Positions 33,457 through 43,980 of a DNA stretch of 64,000 nucleotides are shown piece by piece; position 1 is the first letter of the stretch, and the number at the start of each line of letters is the position of its first letter. Made by a program: the position numbers and the translations under genes. The notes below the pieces were generated by a model. It was not told the DNA's origin, made no database searches, and was given only the letters and a program-made list of their open reading frames with translations. This DNA comes from Candidatus Zixiibacteriota bacterium. Its GTDB lineage: Bacteria > RBG-13-66-14 > B26-G2 > WVWN01. The stretch lies in NCBI GenBank assembly GCA_050117845.1, contig JASFLY010000007.1, forward strand, positions 1-64,000. The letters run 5' to 3'.

Positions 33457-35700
33457 TTAGTCTTTAGGCGCCGCGCCTAAAAGCAGCTCTTCCAGCTTGC
33501 CCCTTCGTACCGGCATGAATTTCTTGATTATTACTACCGTATTCTCGACACGCTCGTAGATTTCCTCCGGTATCGACTTGAAAAGCAATTGCTCCCAGGC
33601 GCCGCCCTTTCGCGCACCGGTGACGACCAGATCGCCCGGCATTATTTCCGACATCACGGCTTCGGTGACGTCCTCGGCGTACACGACCTCCCGCTCTAAA
33701 CCCCGGCGGCACTCGACATCGCATACGACCTCGTCCAGGACGTTGCGGGCGGCGTAGCGCGGAAGGCCGAACTCATCGGCCGCGCCCGATACGGTTATCA
33801 CCTTTAACTTCGCGTCGAACCGGTCGGCGAACGCCGGCGATAATTCCGCCGCGAGCCGCGAATTTGCGCTGCCCGATACCGCCACCAAGATGCGATCGAT
33901 GTCCGCCAGTTCAATCGCCCCCGGCCGTACTACCGCCACGTCGCACGGGGCGTGGTCAATAACCGCGTCTATGACGGTTGCGAGGAGCCGGTCTCCCAGC
34001 GTTGGCCGGTTCACGCGCCCCATTACAATGAAATTGCATTGCTCTTCGCGCGCCGTCTCCAATATACCGTGGGAAAGGCGGTGCGCGATTTTAATCATCC
34101 GCTTAACGTCGGTAACACCTTCGCGTTCGCAAATTTTCTCGGCCAACGTTAACAGGGGCCTGTAATCCCCAGCGCGGCCCACGCCCCGCTCGAGCGATAC
34201 GTAGTACGGGACCTCCACCACCGAAAGCAGCAGGATCTCGCCGTCGAACTTCTTGGCGATGGCCGCGGCCACCGTAACCAGCGACTTCATCGTCTCCGGG
34301 TTGGCGATGGGCACGAGAATCTTGTATTCCTTGCGGGCCTGTTTGGCCATCAGGTACTTGATAACCCGTTCGCGCTCTAGCGTCCGCTTCGCGCCCTTCG
34401 CGTACGCGATGTACACCAACCCGCCGACCCCCAAGAACCCGACCCCTAGGAGGTAAGTAGTCCAATCCATGAAAAGCATCATCAGGAGGTTGGAGATTAT
34501 GCCGAGAACCGGGATAACGGGACCGAACGGCAACCGGAACGGCCTTTTGAGTTCCGGCCGGCGACGGCGGAGCATTATTACGGAAATGTTAACGACGATG
34601 AGCGCGAAGAGAAGGCAGAAGTTGGTAAGGTGCGCGACGGCCTTCACCTCGCCCATTACCGCCACAATACCGGCCAGGCCGGCGGTCGCTACGATCGCCC
34701 AATGGGGAGTGCGGAAGCGGGCGTTGACCCGGGACAGAAACCCGGGCATGAACCCGTCGCGGGCTATGGCGTACGTTACCCGGGAGGTAGTAAGGATAGC
34801 CGCGTTAAGGGCCGAAATCGTAGATAGCACTCCCGCGACTAAAACGAAGAACAGGCCGTATCCGCCCAACACCTTCGAGGCGATAATCGCCAACGGCGCC
34901 GGAGCGGTGCCGAGAACCTCGTAATCTATTATCCCGACCGAGACCATAACGACCAGGACGTAAATCACCGTCGGGATAATAAGAGCCAGGAGGATGGCCC
35001 GGGGTACATTCTTCTCCGGGCTTTTAACTTCTTCCGCCGCGTCCGAGATTTGTTCAAACCCGAAAAACGAGATGTAAATCAACGACGTGGCCGCTAGGAT
35101 ACCCATCGTCCCGAACGGAGCGAAGACCTCGAACCGGTCCCACTCCACGTAACGGAAGCACAAAACGACGAAAACGCCCAGTATCACGACTTTCCCGATG
35201 GTGAACAGGTTTTGCGTATGGCCGGCCTCTTTCGTCCCCTTAACGTTCAACAGCGCTAATAAAACGACGATAGCGGCCGCGGCCACGGCCCGGTTCAATT
35301 CGTACGGCAGGGCCAACTCCACCAGCGGATTGAAGTGTTCCGCGAAGCCGATGGCGTACAGCGCCGCGGAGACGACGAGGCCGAAGACCATGGACCAACC
35401 GGTAATGAAGGCCGTGAAGCCGCCGATGGCCTCGTGGACGAAGGTGTAACCGCCGCCCGCGATAGGTATGGCGGCGGCGAGCTCGCAGTACGAAAGAGCC
35501 GTAAACAGCGTCATGAAACCGACAAGGAGATACGACACCGTGGCCCCCGGGCCGGCGGTGCCGGCCGCGAGGCCTGACAGGATGAAGATCCCGGCGCCGA
35601 TCATGGCCCCGACGCCGAGCATGGTCGCGGATAGGAGGCCCAACGACCGCGTCAGTTTGATTTCGTGCTCTTCGCCCGGTTGTGGTAAATGTTCCGCCAT
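33457..35700 (-). CDS. APC-family amino acid permease fused to two universal stress protein domains
   Basis: GAMIGAGIF, FFGFE....AEEVKSPEKNVPRAI, KILVPIANP, APCDVAVVR, RILVAVSGS. Confidence 0.9.
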   Translation of the reverse strand: MAEHLPQPGEEHEIKLTRSLGLLSATMLGVGAMIGAGIFILSGLAAGTAGPGATVSYLLVGFMTLFTALSYCELAAAIPIAGGGYTFVHEAIGGFTAFITGWSMVFGLVVSAALYAIGFAEHFNPLVELALPYELNRAVAAAAIVVLLALLNVKGTKEAGHTQNLFTIGKVVILGVFVVLCFRYVEWDRFEVFAPFGTMGILAATSLIYISFFGFEQISDAAEEVKSPEKNVPRAILLALIIPTVIYVLVVMVSVGIIDYEVLGTAPAPLAIIASKVLGGYGLFFVLVAGVLSTISALNAAILTTSRVTYAIARDGFMPGFLSRVNARFRTPHWAIVATAGLAGIVAVMGEVKAVAHLTNFCLLFALIVVNISVIMLRRRRPELKRPFRLPFGPVIPVLGIISNLLMMLFMDWTTYLLGVGFLGVGGLVYIAYAKGAKRTLERERVIKYLMAKQARKEYKILVPIANPETMKSLVTVAAAIAKKFDGEILLLSVVEVPYYVSLERGVGRAGDYRPLLTLAEKICEREGVTDVKRMIKIAHRLSHGILETAREEQCNFIVMGRVNRPTLGDRLLATVIDAVIDHAPCDVAVVRPGAIELADIDRILVAVSGSANSRLAAELSPAFADRFDAKLKVITVSGAADEFGLPRYAARNVLDEVVCDVECRRGLEREVVYAEDVTEAVMSEIMPGDLVVTGARKGGAWEQLLFKSIPEEIYERVENTVVIIKKFMPVRRGKLEELLLGAAPKD

Positions 35701-35810
35701 ATAGATTGTCGTCCTGAGTATTTCCGGGAATTATACAAAACGGGGCGCGAAAAACAAGGGAAATCGGATAAACCTTACCGGGGGCGGTTCCGTAATTTGG
35801 TGAAAGGGCG

Positions 35811-37043
35811 CTATTTATCCGTCCGCTCGACGTGAACGTAAAACTCCGGTTCGCGGGGCGTACCGCCGATGTGAAGCTCGGCCACGCCCACGCCGGCGTA
35901 TCCCAGCCGGACCTCTCCCGCGAACATATTCACGAGATTTTGCAACGTCATATTCTCGGAACGGAACGTAACGTCGACGAAAAAGTCCGTCGTCCGCCCG
36001 CCGAAGCGCCACCTCGCCTCGGCCGCCCGGCAGGAGCCCTCGTCAATACTCAGATCCGCGTTGTGCAGCGTGAACCCGAAATCGACGTCGTCGAGCATGA
36101 TGCGGACGCTGTCCGGCGCGATCACGAGACGGCCGTCTTTCAGTCGGCCCGTCGCCCGGTGATCCAGCTTGCCGCCCCGCCAAGATAACGTCCCATCGAG
36201 CGTAAGGACCCCCTCCGCCTCCAATAGGTAATCCGGTTTCCTCGCGAGCGGCAGGACGTGGATGGCCTCTACGGCCTCCACCTTATAATCGGCCTTACCG
36301 ACTTTGGTAACGAAAGAGTGTTCGGCGGCAATCTCGAACGAACGCTCGCGCGTCGTCTTTCCCCGCAGCGTTACGTCGAGCGCCTGGTCGGAAACGTCCC
36401 CCCCGAAATACACCTCGCGGAGGATAACCGTGTCGGTTTTCTCCCGCCGCAATACGACCTTGCCCCGGTCGGCCCGGAACGTGAAGTCGAACTCTTCCGG
36501 CGTCGAGCGGCGCGCCCCGGGCTCGGGAGCCGCGGCGTTTCCGTCGTCGCCACCCCCGGCTCGTTCGGGCCGCGGCGCGGCGAGGGCGTTAACCGCTCCC
36601 TCCGCTCCGCCCGTCGGAGGGACAATACCCGGGAGTTTAAACAAATCCTCGGCCGACGCCCCCTCCAGGCCGGGGAGAGGCGGCCGCGGGACGCGGGGCG
36701 GATACACGTAAATAGTATACTCGTCCGTCGTTACTTCCTCCAGCAAACGGCCGTCGAAACGCAGGAGTAGGACCGCAGAAGGCCGGAGTTTAACCTTAAC
36801 CTTTTCCGCCTTGCCGCTAAACATCCACCCGGGTCGCCGTACGAACTCGACGTCGCGGACCTCTACCCCCATCGGGAATACGTAGCGTACGGTCCCGACG
36901 GTAATGTATTCGCCGAAGCGTTCCGTTATGGCCCGGCCTACCCGCCCCGGCAGCCAGAAGTTCATTACGCCGTAACCGGCCAGCGCCGCGACGGCGACGA
37001 CGAGCAGTACGCCGATGGCTATTGCCGTTCTCTTGGTACTCAC
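35811..37043 (-). CDS. Hypothetical membrane-anchored beta-rich protein (AsmA-like)
   Basis: N-terminal TM, repeated beta strands, terminal IGGTPREPEF resembling AsmA C-termini. Confidence 0.5.
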   Translation of the reverse strand: MSTKRTAIAIGVLLVVAVAALAGYGVMNFWLPGRVGRAITERFGEYITVGTVRYVFPMGVEVRDVEFVRRPGWMFSGKAEKVKVKLRPSAVLLLRFDGRLLEEVTTDEYTIYVYPPRVPRPPLPGLEGASAEDLFKLPGIVPPTGGAEGAVNALAAPRPERAGGGDDGNAAAPEPGARRSTPEEFDFTFRADRGKVVLRREKTDTVILREVYFGGDVSDQALDVTLRGKTTRERSFEIAAEHSFVTKVGKADYKVEAVEAIHVLPLARKPDYLLEAEGVLTLDGTLSWRGGKLDHRATGRLKDGRLVIAPDSVRIMLDDVDFGFTLHNADLSIDEGSCRAAEARWRFGGRTTDFFVDVTFRSENMTLQNLVNMFAGEVRLGYAGVGVAELHIGGTPREPEFYVHVERTDK

Positions 37044-38848
37044 GCGTTTCCTCCCCTCGCGCCGTGAAGGTAATCGTACAGGGCCCGGGCGGCGCTTTCG
37101 TTCATCTTCGGGGCCCGGCGCAACTCGTCGGCGGACGCCCCGGTTATGCGTTCCAACGAACCGAAGTGTTTCAAAAGGGCCTTCTTGCGTGCCGGCCCTA
37201 TGCCCGCCACCTCGTCCAAAATCGACTTCGACGCCGCGCGATCCCGGACGCGGCGGTGGTACTCGACGGCGAAACGGTGCGCCTCGTCCCGCACCCGGGC
37301 CAGGAACAGCGTCGCGGCCTCGCTCAACACCGCCGGCTCCTTATCGCCCGCCGAGAACAGGCGATCGGGGTCCTTGGCGAAGGCCGCGGCCACGTACTCG
37401 CCCGCCCCCGCCTCCTCCATCGCCCGGCGGGCGGCCCCCAGTTGATTCAGACCCCCGTCCACCAGGAAGAGGTCCGGCGCCGGCCCCTCGCCCCGACGCA
37501 CCCGGGTGAAGCGCCGCCGCGTTATCTCGGCCATGGCCGCCAGATCGTCCTGGCCCGCTACGCTTTTAATTCGGTAACGCCGGTAAGCATTCTTGTCCGG
37601 GACGCCGCCGTCGAACACCACCAAACTCCCCACTACCGACCTGGGGCCGGTGTTCGAAACGTCTATCATCTCGACACGGCGCAGCTTGCCGCGCTTCCCG
37701 ACGGCATCCGCTATCTCCTCGAACAGCGCCGAGAGTTCGCCCCGGCGCGCCCGCGAGAGTTCCGACGACTCCCGGAAGTACGCCAGGTTTTTTTTGGCCA
37801 CCGATACGAGGTGGGCGTACTCCCCCCATCGCGGCACGACGACAGCGACGGGGCCGTTCCGCAACTCCTCCAGCGAGGCCGCAAGCGAAGCCCGTCCCGG
37901 AAAACTCCCGGCGACGGCGATCTTCGGCGGCACTTCCGCCCCGGCGCCGTAATGGCCGAGTACGAATTCTTCGAGCGGGTGGCCGGCGGGCGCTTCGGCC
38001 TTCACCGCCACCCGGTCCACGAGGCGCCCCTCGCGGACGCGCAACACCACCGCGTAAAGGGCATCCCCGGCCACCTCGCACGCGACCGCGTCGGCGTTCG
38101 TATTGCGGTTCGCGACGGCGTACTGGTCAGCGACGGCGCGGCCCAGGCCCCGAATTACGTCCCGCCACGTCGCCGCCTCCTCGAACTCTTGCGAGGCCGC
38201 GGCCTCCGCCATCCGCTTCTCGAGTTCCCGCATCACGCCCGCCCGGCGGCCGGTAATGAACTTGACGGCTTTCTCTATCAGCGTCGCGTAATCCCCCTGG
38301 AGAACGACGCCGGCGCACGGCCCCCGGCAAATACCCATTTCGTAATCTACGCAGGGGCGGGCGGGCGCGGCGACGTCGAGATCGTGCTTGCACGTCCGCA
38401 GGCCGAAAGCACGGTTCGTTAGCGCAACGGTCTTTCGGATGGCCTTACCGTCGGTGAAGGGGCCGATATACCGGCCGGTCCGCTTATCGTGCGCCTCCCG
38501 GGTTATAAATATGCGAGGAAATTTCTCCCGGGTTATTTTGATATAGGGGAAACCGTGAACGTCGACGTTGTATTTGGGCCGGTGTTTACCGATTAGGCTC
38601 ATTTCGAGTATGAGCGCCTCGGTTTCGTTGGCCGTAAGGACGAGCTCGAGTGAGGTCGCCTGGTCCAACATAGCCGCGACCTTGGGGTCGCCGGGCCGCT
38701 TTCCGGCCAGGTACTGCCGCAACCGCTTCTGGAGCGATTTGGCCTTGCCGACGTATATCGGCACGCCCCCCGCCTTGAAGATATAACAACCGGCCTCATC
38801 CGGGACTTCGGCGAGTCGGCTTCCGATATCTTCTATCGTATATTCCAT
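37040..38848 (-). CDS. uvrC: Excinuclease ABC subunit C
   Basis: GIY-YIG domain (GCYIF...YVGKAKSL), UVR domain, DGG, RDEAHRFA, helix-hairpin-helix motifs. Confidence 0.96.
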   Translation of the reverse strand: MEYTIEDIGSRLAEVPDEAGCYIFKAGGVPIYVGKAKSLQKRLRQYLAGKRPGDPKVAAMLDQATSLELVLTANETEALILEMSLIGKHRPKYNVDVHGFPYIKITREKFPRIFITREAHDKRTGRYIGPFTDGKAIRKTVALTNRAFGLRTCKHDLDVAAPARPCVDYEMGICRGPCAGVVLQGDYATLIEKAVKFITGRRAGVMRELEKRMAEAAASQEFEEAATWRDVIRGLGRAVADQYAVANRNTNADAVACEVAGDALYAVVLRVREGRLVDRVAVKAEAPAGHPLEEFVLGHYGAGAEVPPKIAVAGSFPGRASLAASLEELRNGPVAVVVPRWGEYAHLVSVAKKNLAYFRESSELSRARRGELSALFEEIADAVGKRGKLRRVEMIDVSNTGPRSVVGSLVVFDGGVPDKNAYRRYRIKSVAGQDDLAAMAEITRRRFTRVRRGEGPAPDLFLVDGGLNQLGAARRAMEEAGAGEYVAAAFAKDPDRLFSAGDKEPAVLSEAATLFLARVRDEAHRFAVEYHRRVRDRAASKSILDEVAGIGPARKKALLKHFGSLERITGASADELRRAPKMNESAARALYDYLHGARGGNA

Positions 38849-38857
38849 AAATTCGGG

Positions 38858-39727
38858 TCACCGGCCGGACGGCGCGTACGTCTCCAATTCCGCGGAACCC
38901 AGGAATTCGCTAACCGCGAGGGTCCGGAAATCGCGAAACAACCGTCGCAACTTGGAATGCATCCCCCGCCGGCCCGTGCCTTGCGATAACCGCGTTCGCA
39001 GAGGCATATGGTCCCGGTAGGCCGCTATCTCCTCGGCGTCCAGTTCGTAGGGATGGCAGTAGTAAACGCCGGGCCTGCCCGCCCGCGCCCGTCGTTTCAA
39101 TACGGCTCGCAGTACGCTATACGGCGTTACCCGGGTGTAACCGCCCCCGACGGCGGGTATCTTCACGCCGGGAGATTGCAACGTTGGGAGCGGGAGTTCG
39201 ACCAAACTCCTCCCGCCCGGCAGGAGGACCTCCCGAGCTTCGGGCGGCCACCACGGGATACCGTACCTCCTCCCGCGTATGGGAAAAATGCTGGAGTCGG
39301 CGACGAATCCCTCTTCCGCCAACGCGTCGAGCGCCCAAAGCGACGCCGCGTCGATGCTGAAGTCAGGCGCCCGGTAGTAGACCGGTCGGGCGCCGGTTAT
39401 ATCGGCCAACGTTCCCCCCACGCGCCGCAGGTCCTCCCGGAAACGTTCCGGGTCCAACGCATTGACCGCCGCGTGTTCGTACCCGTGGGCCGCCACGTCG
39501 TGGCCGGCGGCGGCGACCGCTCGCACGGCTTCCGGGTATTTACCCGCCGCCGCGCCCAGGATGAAGAATGTCCCTTTCCCGCCGGCGTCTTCCAGTAACT
39601 CCAGGATACTATACAACCCGGCGAGGAAGCGGCCGGTTATAGGCCACGTCGACCCGAGCGTCGAGTTACCCCAATCCTCGACGTCTACCGTAAAAATAAA
39701 CGCCTGTTTCAAGTCCGCGTTAGTCAA
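38858..39727 (-). CDS. Polysaccharide deacetylase family protein (DUF3473, PEP-CTERM-locus type)
   Basis: TVDVEDW, GTFFILG, HGY.H, YRAP.FS, DSSIFP, GGGY.R, HPYELD. Confidence 0.88.
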   Translation of the reverse strand: MTNADLKQAFIFTVDVEDWGNSTLGSTWPITGRFLAGLYSILELLEDAGGKGTFFILGAAAGKYPEAVRAVAAAGHDVAAHGYEHAAVNALDPERFREDLRRVGGTLADITGARPVYYRAPDFSIDAASLWALDALAEEGFVADSSIFPIRGRRYGIPWWPPEAREVLLPGGRSLVELPLPTLQSPGVKIPAVGGGYTRVTPYSVLRAVLKRRARAGRPGVYYCHPYELDAEEIAAYRDHMPLRTRLSQGTGRRGMHSKLRRLFRDFRTLAVSEFLGSAELETYAPSGR

Positions 39728-40391
39728 AATACAGCACGACCACGTAGTCCATTCCGGCCCCGGGGATCTTTATTACGTCGAAGCTGCGGGCGCCGCAACC
39801 GCCGGCGAGTTCCTCCACGCGCCGATGGCCGTATAAATAAAGCGGGCAGCGTTTCCACCAGTACCTTACCTTACGGATAGGCGAACGCCACCACGATAGA
39901 CTCGGGAAAGACACCGCCGCCCGAAAAGACGTCGCGGCGGCTACCCGGGCCATAAAGGCTTCCGCGTCCTCTACGTAATCCAGTACGCCCATCACTATCG
40001 TAACGTCGTAGCGCTCCGGGGGCGGCCACGTCGCGAAATCGGCTCGCACGAGTTCCACGCGTTCCGACGCCCCCATCTCGACCGCCCGTCCCCGGGCCAG
40101 TTCCAACATATTGTCGGACACGTCGACGCCCACGACGCGCCGGGCGCCCCTCTCCAGCGCCTCGACGATATAAGGGCCGGAGCCGCAGCCCACGTCCAGC
40201 ACGCTTTTGCCCGCCAAATCGCCGAAGGCGTCGAACGTTATACGAAAACGCTCCGCGATATCGGACCGGAAATTCCGGTCCAGCCAGCGCATTACGGCGT
40301 TGCGGCGGCCGCCGTACAAGGTGTCGAAGGTTACGCCCTTGCCCTCGAAATAACTCCGTACGTCGTCGGATTCGTTATTATTAGCCATCAT
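39720..40391 (-). CDS. Class I SAM-dependent methyltransferase
   Basis: VLDVGCGSG, GVDVSDNML. Confidence 0.88.
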   Translation of the reverse strand: MMANNNESDDVRSYFEGKGVTFDTLYGGRRNAVMRWLDRNFRSDIAERFRITFDAFGDLAGKSVLDVGCGSGPYIVEALERGARRVVGVDVSDNMLELARGRAVEMGASERVELVRADFATWPPPERYDVTIVMGVLDYVEDAEAFMARVAAATSFRAAVSFPSLSWWRSPIRKVRYWWKRCPLYLYGHRRVEELAGGCGARSFDVIKIPGAGMDYVVVLYFD

Positions 40392-40395
40392 ATCT

Positions 40396-41472
40396 TTACC
40401 GCGTCAGACCCGAATACTTTTTAATGCGTTTCAGTTCGGGGGGATCGAGGCCCCGGATAACGCTATACCAAATACCCGACGCGATACCGGCGGCGTACTG
40501 GAAATGGAGTACCGGGAAGACACCGAGGGCCCGGAAAAACGACGCCGGGCCGGCCTTCCGCGCTACCGCCGCCGAGGCCGCGACGTCCGCCGCTACGTAC
40601 GCCGCCGCCAGGACGCCCCCCACAAGCCACGCGCCCCGCCAGAAAAAACCGGCCGCCGCGGCCGCTGCCACGGCGCCGAAGAACGCCGGCGGCGCCAGCG
40701 GCTTCCAGTCGAGGAAACGGCCGTGCTTCTTCGCCACCGCCACCTTCCAGAAAGCGTACTGGTGATACTGCCTCAGTAATTTCCTAACGGAACCCCGGAC
40801 GTAATACCTGGCCCGCATCTTCTGACTTTGGTATATCACGCCGCCCGCTCGCCGTACGCGATAGTGAAAATCGTCGTCCTGGTTGCGGACCAAACTCTCG
40901 TCGAACTCCCCCACCCGGTCGAAAAGCGCCCGGGGCCATATGGGGTACAGCACCGCGTCCACCGGCCCCTCGACCCGGCCTACCCGTACGCGGGTGTTGC
41001 CGGTTGAGAATATATTGCTGTTAATCGCGGCGACGAGGCGGGCGGCCTCGTCAACGGCCACCCGGTCCACCGGCCCCCCGACCGCCCAGACGTCGGGCCG
41101 TTCCCCCAGTATCGCCATTCCGGTCCTTATGTAGTCCGGCGGTATTTCGGCGTGGGCGTCCACCCGCAAGACGTAATCGCCGCGCGCCGCCGTCACGCCT
41201 ATCTTCATCGCCGCGCCGGCGAAACGGCCGGGATTATCGAGGAGTTTGACCCGGCCGTCTCCTTCAGCGAGGCGTCCAATTATCTCCCGCGTACCGTCGT
41301 CGCTCTCGCCGTCGATCACAAGTACTTCCATCCGGCCCGCAGGCCAATCGTTGGCCAGGATGGACCCGAGAGCGCCCTCGATAAACGCCTCCTCGTTCCG
41401 GCAAGGAACGACGACGGAAACGAACGGATACTCTGTACCTGGAGGGTCGTTACTTCCCAGCCGCGTCGCCAC
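40396..41472 (-). CDS. Glycosyltransferase family 2 (ExoA-like)
   Basis: VSVVVPCRNEE, DG.S.DGT, RVDAH, FDE.L.RNQD, Q...Y..W. Confidence 0.9.
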   Translation of the reverse strand: MATRLGSNDPPGTEYPFVSVVVPCRNEEAFIEGALGSILANDWPAGRMEVLVIDGESDDGTREIIGRLAEGDGRVKLLDNPGRFAGAAMKIGVTAARGDYVLRVDAHAEIPPDYIRTGMAILGERPDVWAVGGPVDRVAVDEAARLVAAINSNIFSTGNTRVRVGRVEGPVDAVLYPIWPRALFDRVGEFDESLVRNQDDDFHYRVRRAGGVIYQSQKMRARYYVRGSVRKLLRQYHQYAFWKVAVAKKHGRFLDWKPLAPPAFFGAVAAAAAAGFFWRGAWLVGGVLAAAYVAADVAASAAVARKAGPASFFRALGVFPVLHFQYAAGIASGIWYSVIRGLDPPELKRIKKYSGLTR

Positions 41473-41563
41473 GTTTAAATAATAGCAAAAACGCCCGGCC
41501 GTCGAAAGCGCGAAAAAGCCCGGCTTGCGCCGGGCTTGGTTTTATTCGCTTCGTTCAGAGGCG

Positions 41564-42547
41564 CTACTTCATCGCGACAACTTCTTTAACCTTGGATATG
41601 ATATTGCCCGAATTCATCCCGTAACGGTCAAGCAGTTCGCGTGGACTGCCGGACTCGCCGAATACGTCCTCAATGCCGACGATACGCATGGGGACCGGGT
41701 GCTGTTGGCACAGGACCTCCGCGATACAACCGCCCAGGCCACCGTAGATCTGCGCCTCCTCGGCGGTAACGACCGCGCCGCACTCCTTGGCCGCCGTGAC
41801 TATCGTGTCGACGTCGAGCGGCTTAATCGTGTGGCAATTAATGACGCGGGCGTCGATGCCCTCTTTCGAGAGGGTTTCCGCCGCGATCATCGCTTCGTAG
41901 ACCAGCGGCCCGCAAGCGATGATGGCCACGTCGTCGCCGTCGCGATAGACCTCGGCCCGACCCACGGTGAAAGGCGTTTCCTCGGTCGTAACGACCGGCA
42001 CGCCTTCCCGGCCGAAGCGCAGGTAAACCGGCCCGTCGTGCGAGGCCGACCAGATAGTGGCTTTCTTGGCCTCGATGGCGTCGGTAGGCACGATAAGCGT
42101 CATGCCCGGGAGGACCCGCATCAACGGGATCTCTTCGAGCGATTGGTGCGTGGGGCCGTCCGGCCCGACGGATATACCGCCGTGCGCCCCGCCGATTTTG
42201 ACGTTCAACTGGCCGTAGCAGATGGATGTCCGGATCTGGTCCCACGCCCGGCCGGCGACGAACACGCCGTACGTCGTAACGAAGGGAACCAGGCCGGTCC
42301 GCGAAAGGCCGCCGGCCTCCGCCAACATGTCCTGTTCGGCGATGCCGAAGTCGATGAATTTCTCGGGGTACTTGTCGCGCACCCATATCGTACGGGTAGA
42401 CTTCGCCAGGTCGGCGTCACAGACCACTACCCGTTCGTCGTTCTCGCAAAGCCACAGAAGGCCGTGGCCGTAGCCGTCCCGGCTCGGGACCATTTCGACG
42501 TCCTTTTGGAAGTCGACTAATTTCGCATCTTCGCGTATACCGCCCAT
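41564..42547 (-). CDS. Transketolase, C-terminal (pyrimidine-binding) subunit
   Basis: ADLAKST, GIAEQ, G.DG.THQ, GPVYLR. Confidence 0.93.
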   Translation of the reverse strand: MGGIREDAKLVDFQKDVEMVPSRDGYGHGLLWLCENDERVVVCDADLAKSTRTIWVRDKYPEKFIDFGIAEQDMLAEAGGLSRTGLVPFVTTYGVFVAGRAWDQIRTSICYGQLNVKIGGAHGGISVGPDGPTHQSLEEIPLMRVLPGMTLIVPTDAIEAKKATIWSASHDGPVYLRFGREGVPVVTTEETPFTVGRAEVYRDGDDVAIIACGPLVYEAMIAAETLSKEGIDARVINCHTIKPLDVDTIVTAAKECGAVVTAEEAQIYGGLGGCIAEVLCQQHPVPMRIVGIEDVFGESGSPRELLDRYGMNSGNIISKVKEVVAMK

Positions 42548-42585
42548 GTATTATCTCCTCAACGGATAACGATTATGAATGAACG

Positions 42586-43452
42586 CTAGCCGACCCAATC
42601 GAAGTCGTGCTTTTTATACTCTTCCCACGGCGCCGTGAAGCCCAAGTCGCCGAGCGCCTGTTGCACCTGCTCGCCCTTTTTCGGGGCGGCGCCGTGCCAG
42701 TCGGCCTGATTCTCCATGAAGGAGACGCCCTTCCCCTTAATCGTATTGGCGATAATCATCGTCGGCTTCCTCTTCTCAAGAAGGAACCGTTCGTACGCGT
42801 AAGTCACCTGTCGCAGGTCGTGGCCGTCGATTTCGAGTACTTGCCAGCCGAACGCCTCCCACTTCTCAGGAAGTGGGTCGAGGCCCATGACTTCCTCGGT
42901 ATTGCCGTCTATCATCAGGTAATTACGGTCGCAGATACCGCATAGGTTATCCAGGCCGTAATGAGCGGCCGTCATCCCGGCCTCCCAAATGGCGCCCTCG
43001 TTCATCTCGCCGTCACCCATGAGGCAGTAGACGTTGCCCGGATTCCCCTTGCGCTTGAGGCCCATAGCGACGCCCGAGGCGAGCGATAGCCCCTGGCCCA
43101 GGGACCCGGCGGAGAACTCCACGCCCGGCGTCTTAAGCCGGTGGGGGTGCCCCTGCAGAATCGTATCCAACTTGCGGAGCGTCCAGAGTTCCTTCCGGGG
43201 GAAGAAGCCCCGCGCCGCGAGGACGGCGTACTGCACCGGACACGCGTGCCCCTTCGACAAGACGAACCAGTCGCGTTCATCCCAATCGGGGTTTTCCGCG
43301 TCGTGCTTCAGGATGTTCCAGTAAAGCGACACCATGATTTCGGTCGCCGATAGCGAACCGCCGGAGTGACCCGAACCGGCCTCGGAGAGCATCACCATGA
43401 TGTCCCGACGTATTTTGCGGCTGACCTCTTCAAGCTCTTTGATTTCGACCAT
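42586..43452 (-). CDS. Transketolase, N-terminal (TPP-binding) subunit
   Basis: SGHSGGSLS, LSKGHA, QGHP, GSLGQG, GDGE..EG..WE. Start at the ATG of MVEIKE after GGAGAGG. Confidence 0.94.
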   Translation of the reverse strand: MVEIKELEEVSRKIRRDIMVMLSEAGSGHSGGSLSATEIMVSLYWNILKHDAENPDWDERDWFVLSKGHACPVQYAVLAARGFFPRKELWTLRKLDTILQGHPHRLKTPGVEFSAGSLGQGLSLASGVAMGLKRKGNPGNVYCLMGDGEMNEGAIWEAGMTAAHYGLDNLCGICDRNYLMIDGNTEEVMGLDPLPEKWEAFGWQVLEIDGHDLRQVTYAYERFLLEKRKPTMIIANTIKGKGVSFMENQADWHGAAPKKGEQVQQALGDLGFTAPWEEYKKHDFDWVG

Positions 43453-43980
43453 AGCCTCTCCTAATGCAAAAGTGAATCTCGAAGGAGCCGTTAACGAACT
43501 TGGGCGCCCATTATACGCGAAAACTCCGGGCGCCGCAAGGGATTTTATCCCGGTTTTCTCATAGGGGGTTGCCGACGAGTATTCGAACCTCGCCAATAAA
43601 TACACCCCCAATGCTTTAAAACCGTGAGCGCACCCGCCTCCTCCCTCAAGTCCTACGTGGCGACGTTTTAACGCCGCGTGTGTTGGACGCTGACGTCCGA
43701 CGTTACCACACTCTTATGTAACTCGTGTAAGTATATTGGACATATACGATTTATAGCGGGTCGGCGGACTCAATATCAACTTGGGATGGATTGGATTCAA
43801 CAGAGTAATTATGTTATAATACCGAAAAGCAGTTATTATCCTACTGCATACATATATGCGTAACTATAAACCCATATCTGATACCAATATGTTGGAATGC
43901 GTTTATTCTAAGCTTATAATTAACAAAAACCTATCGAGGGCGGTTGGTTAATACACCTACAAAGGTGATAGGAGGGAAAG

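Noticed and set aside
43564..43609. tRNA gene (possible selC) suggested by GGTTCGAAT
   Set aside because: Only a T-arm-like piece with a mismatch is present. There is no D arm, anticodon arm or full cloverleaf.
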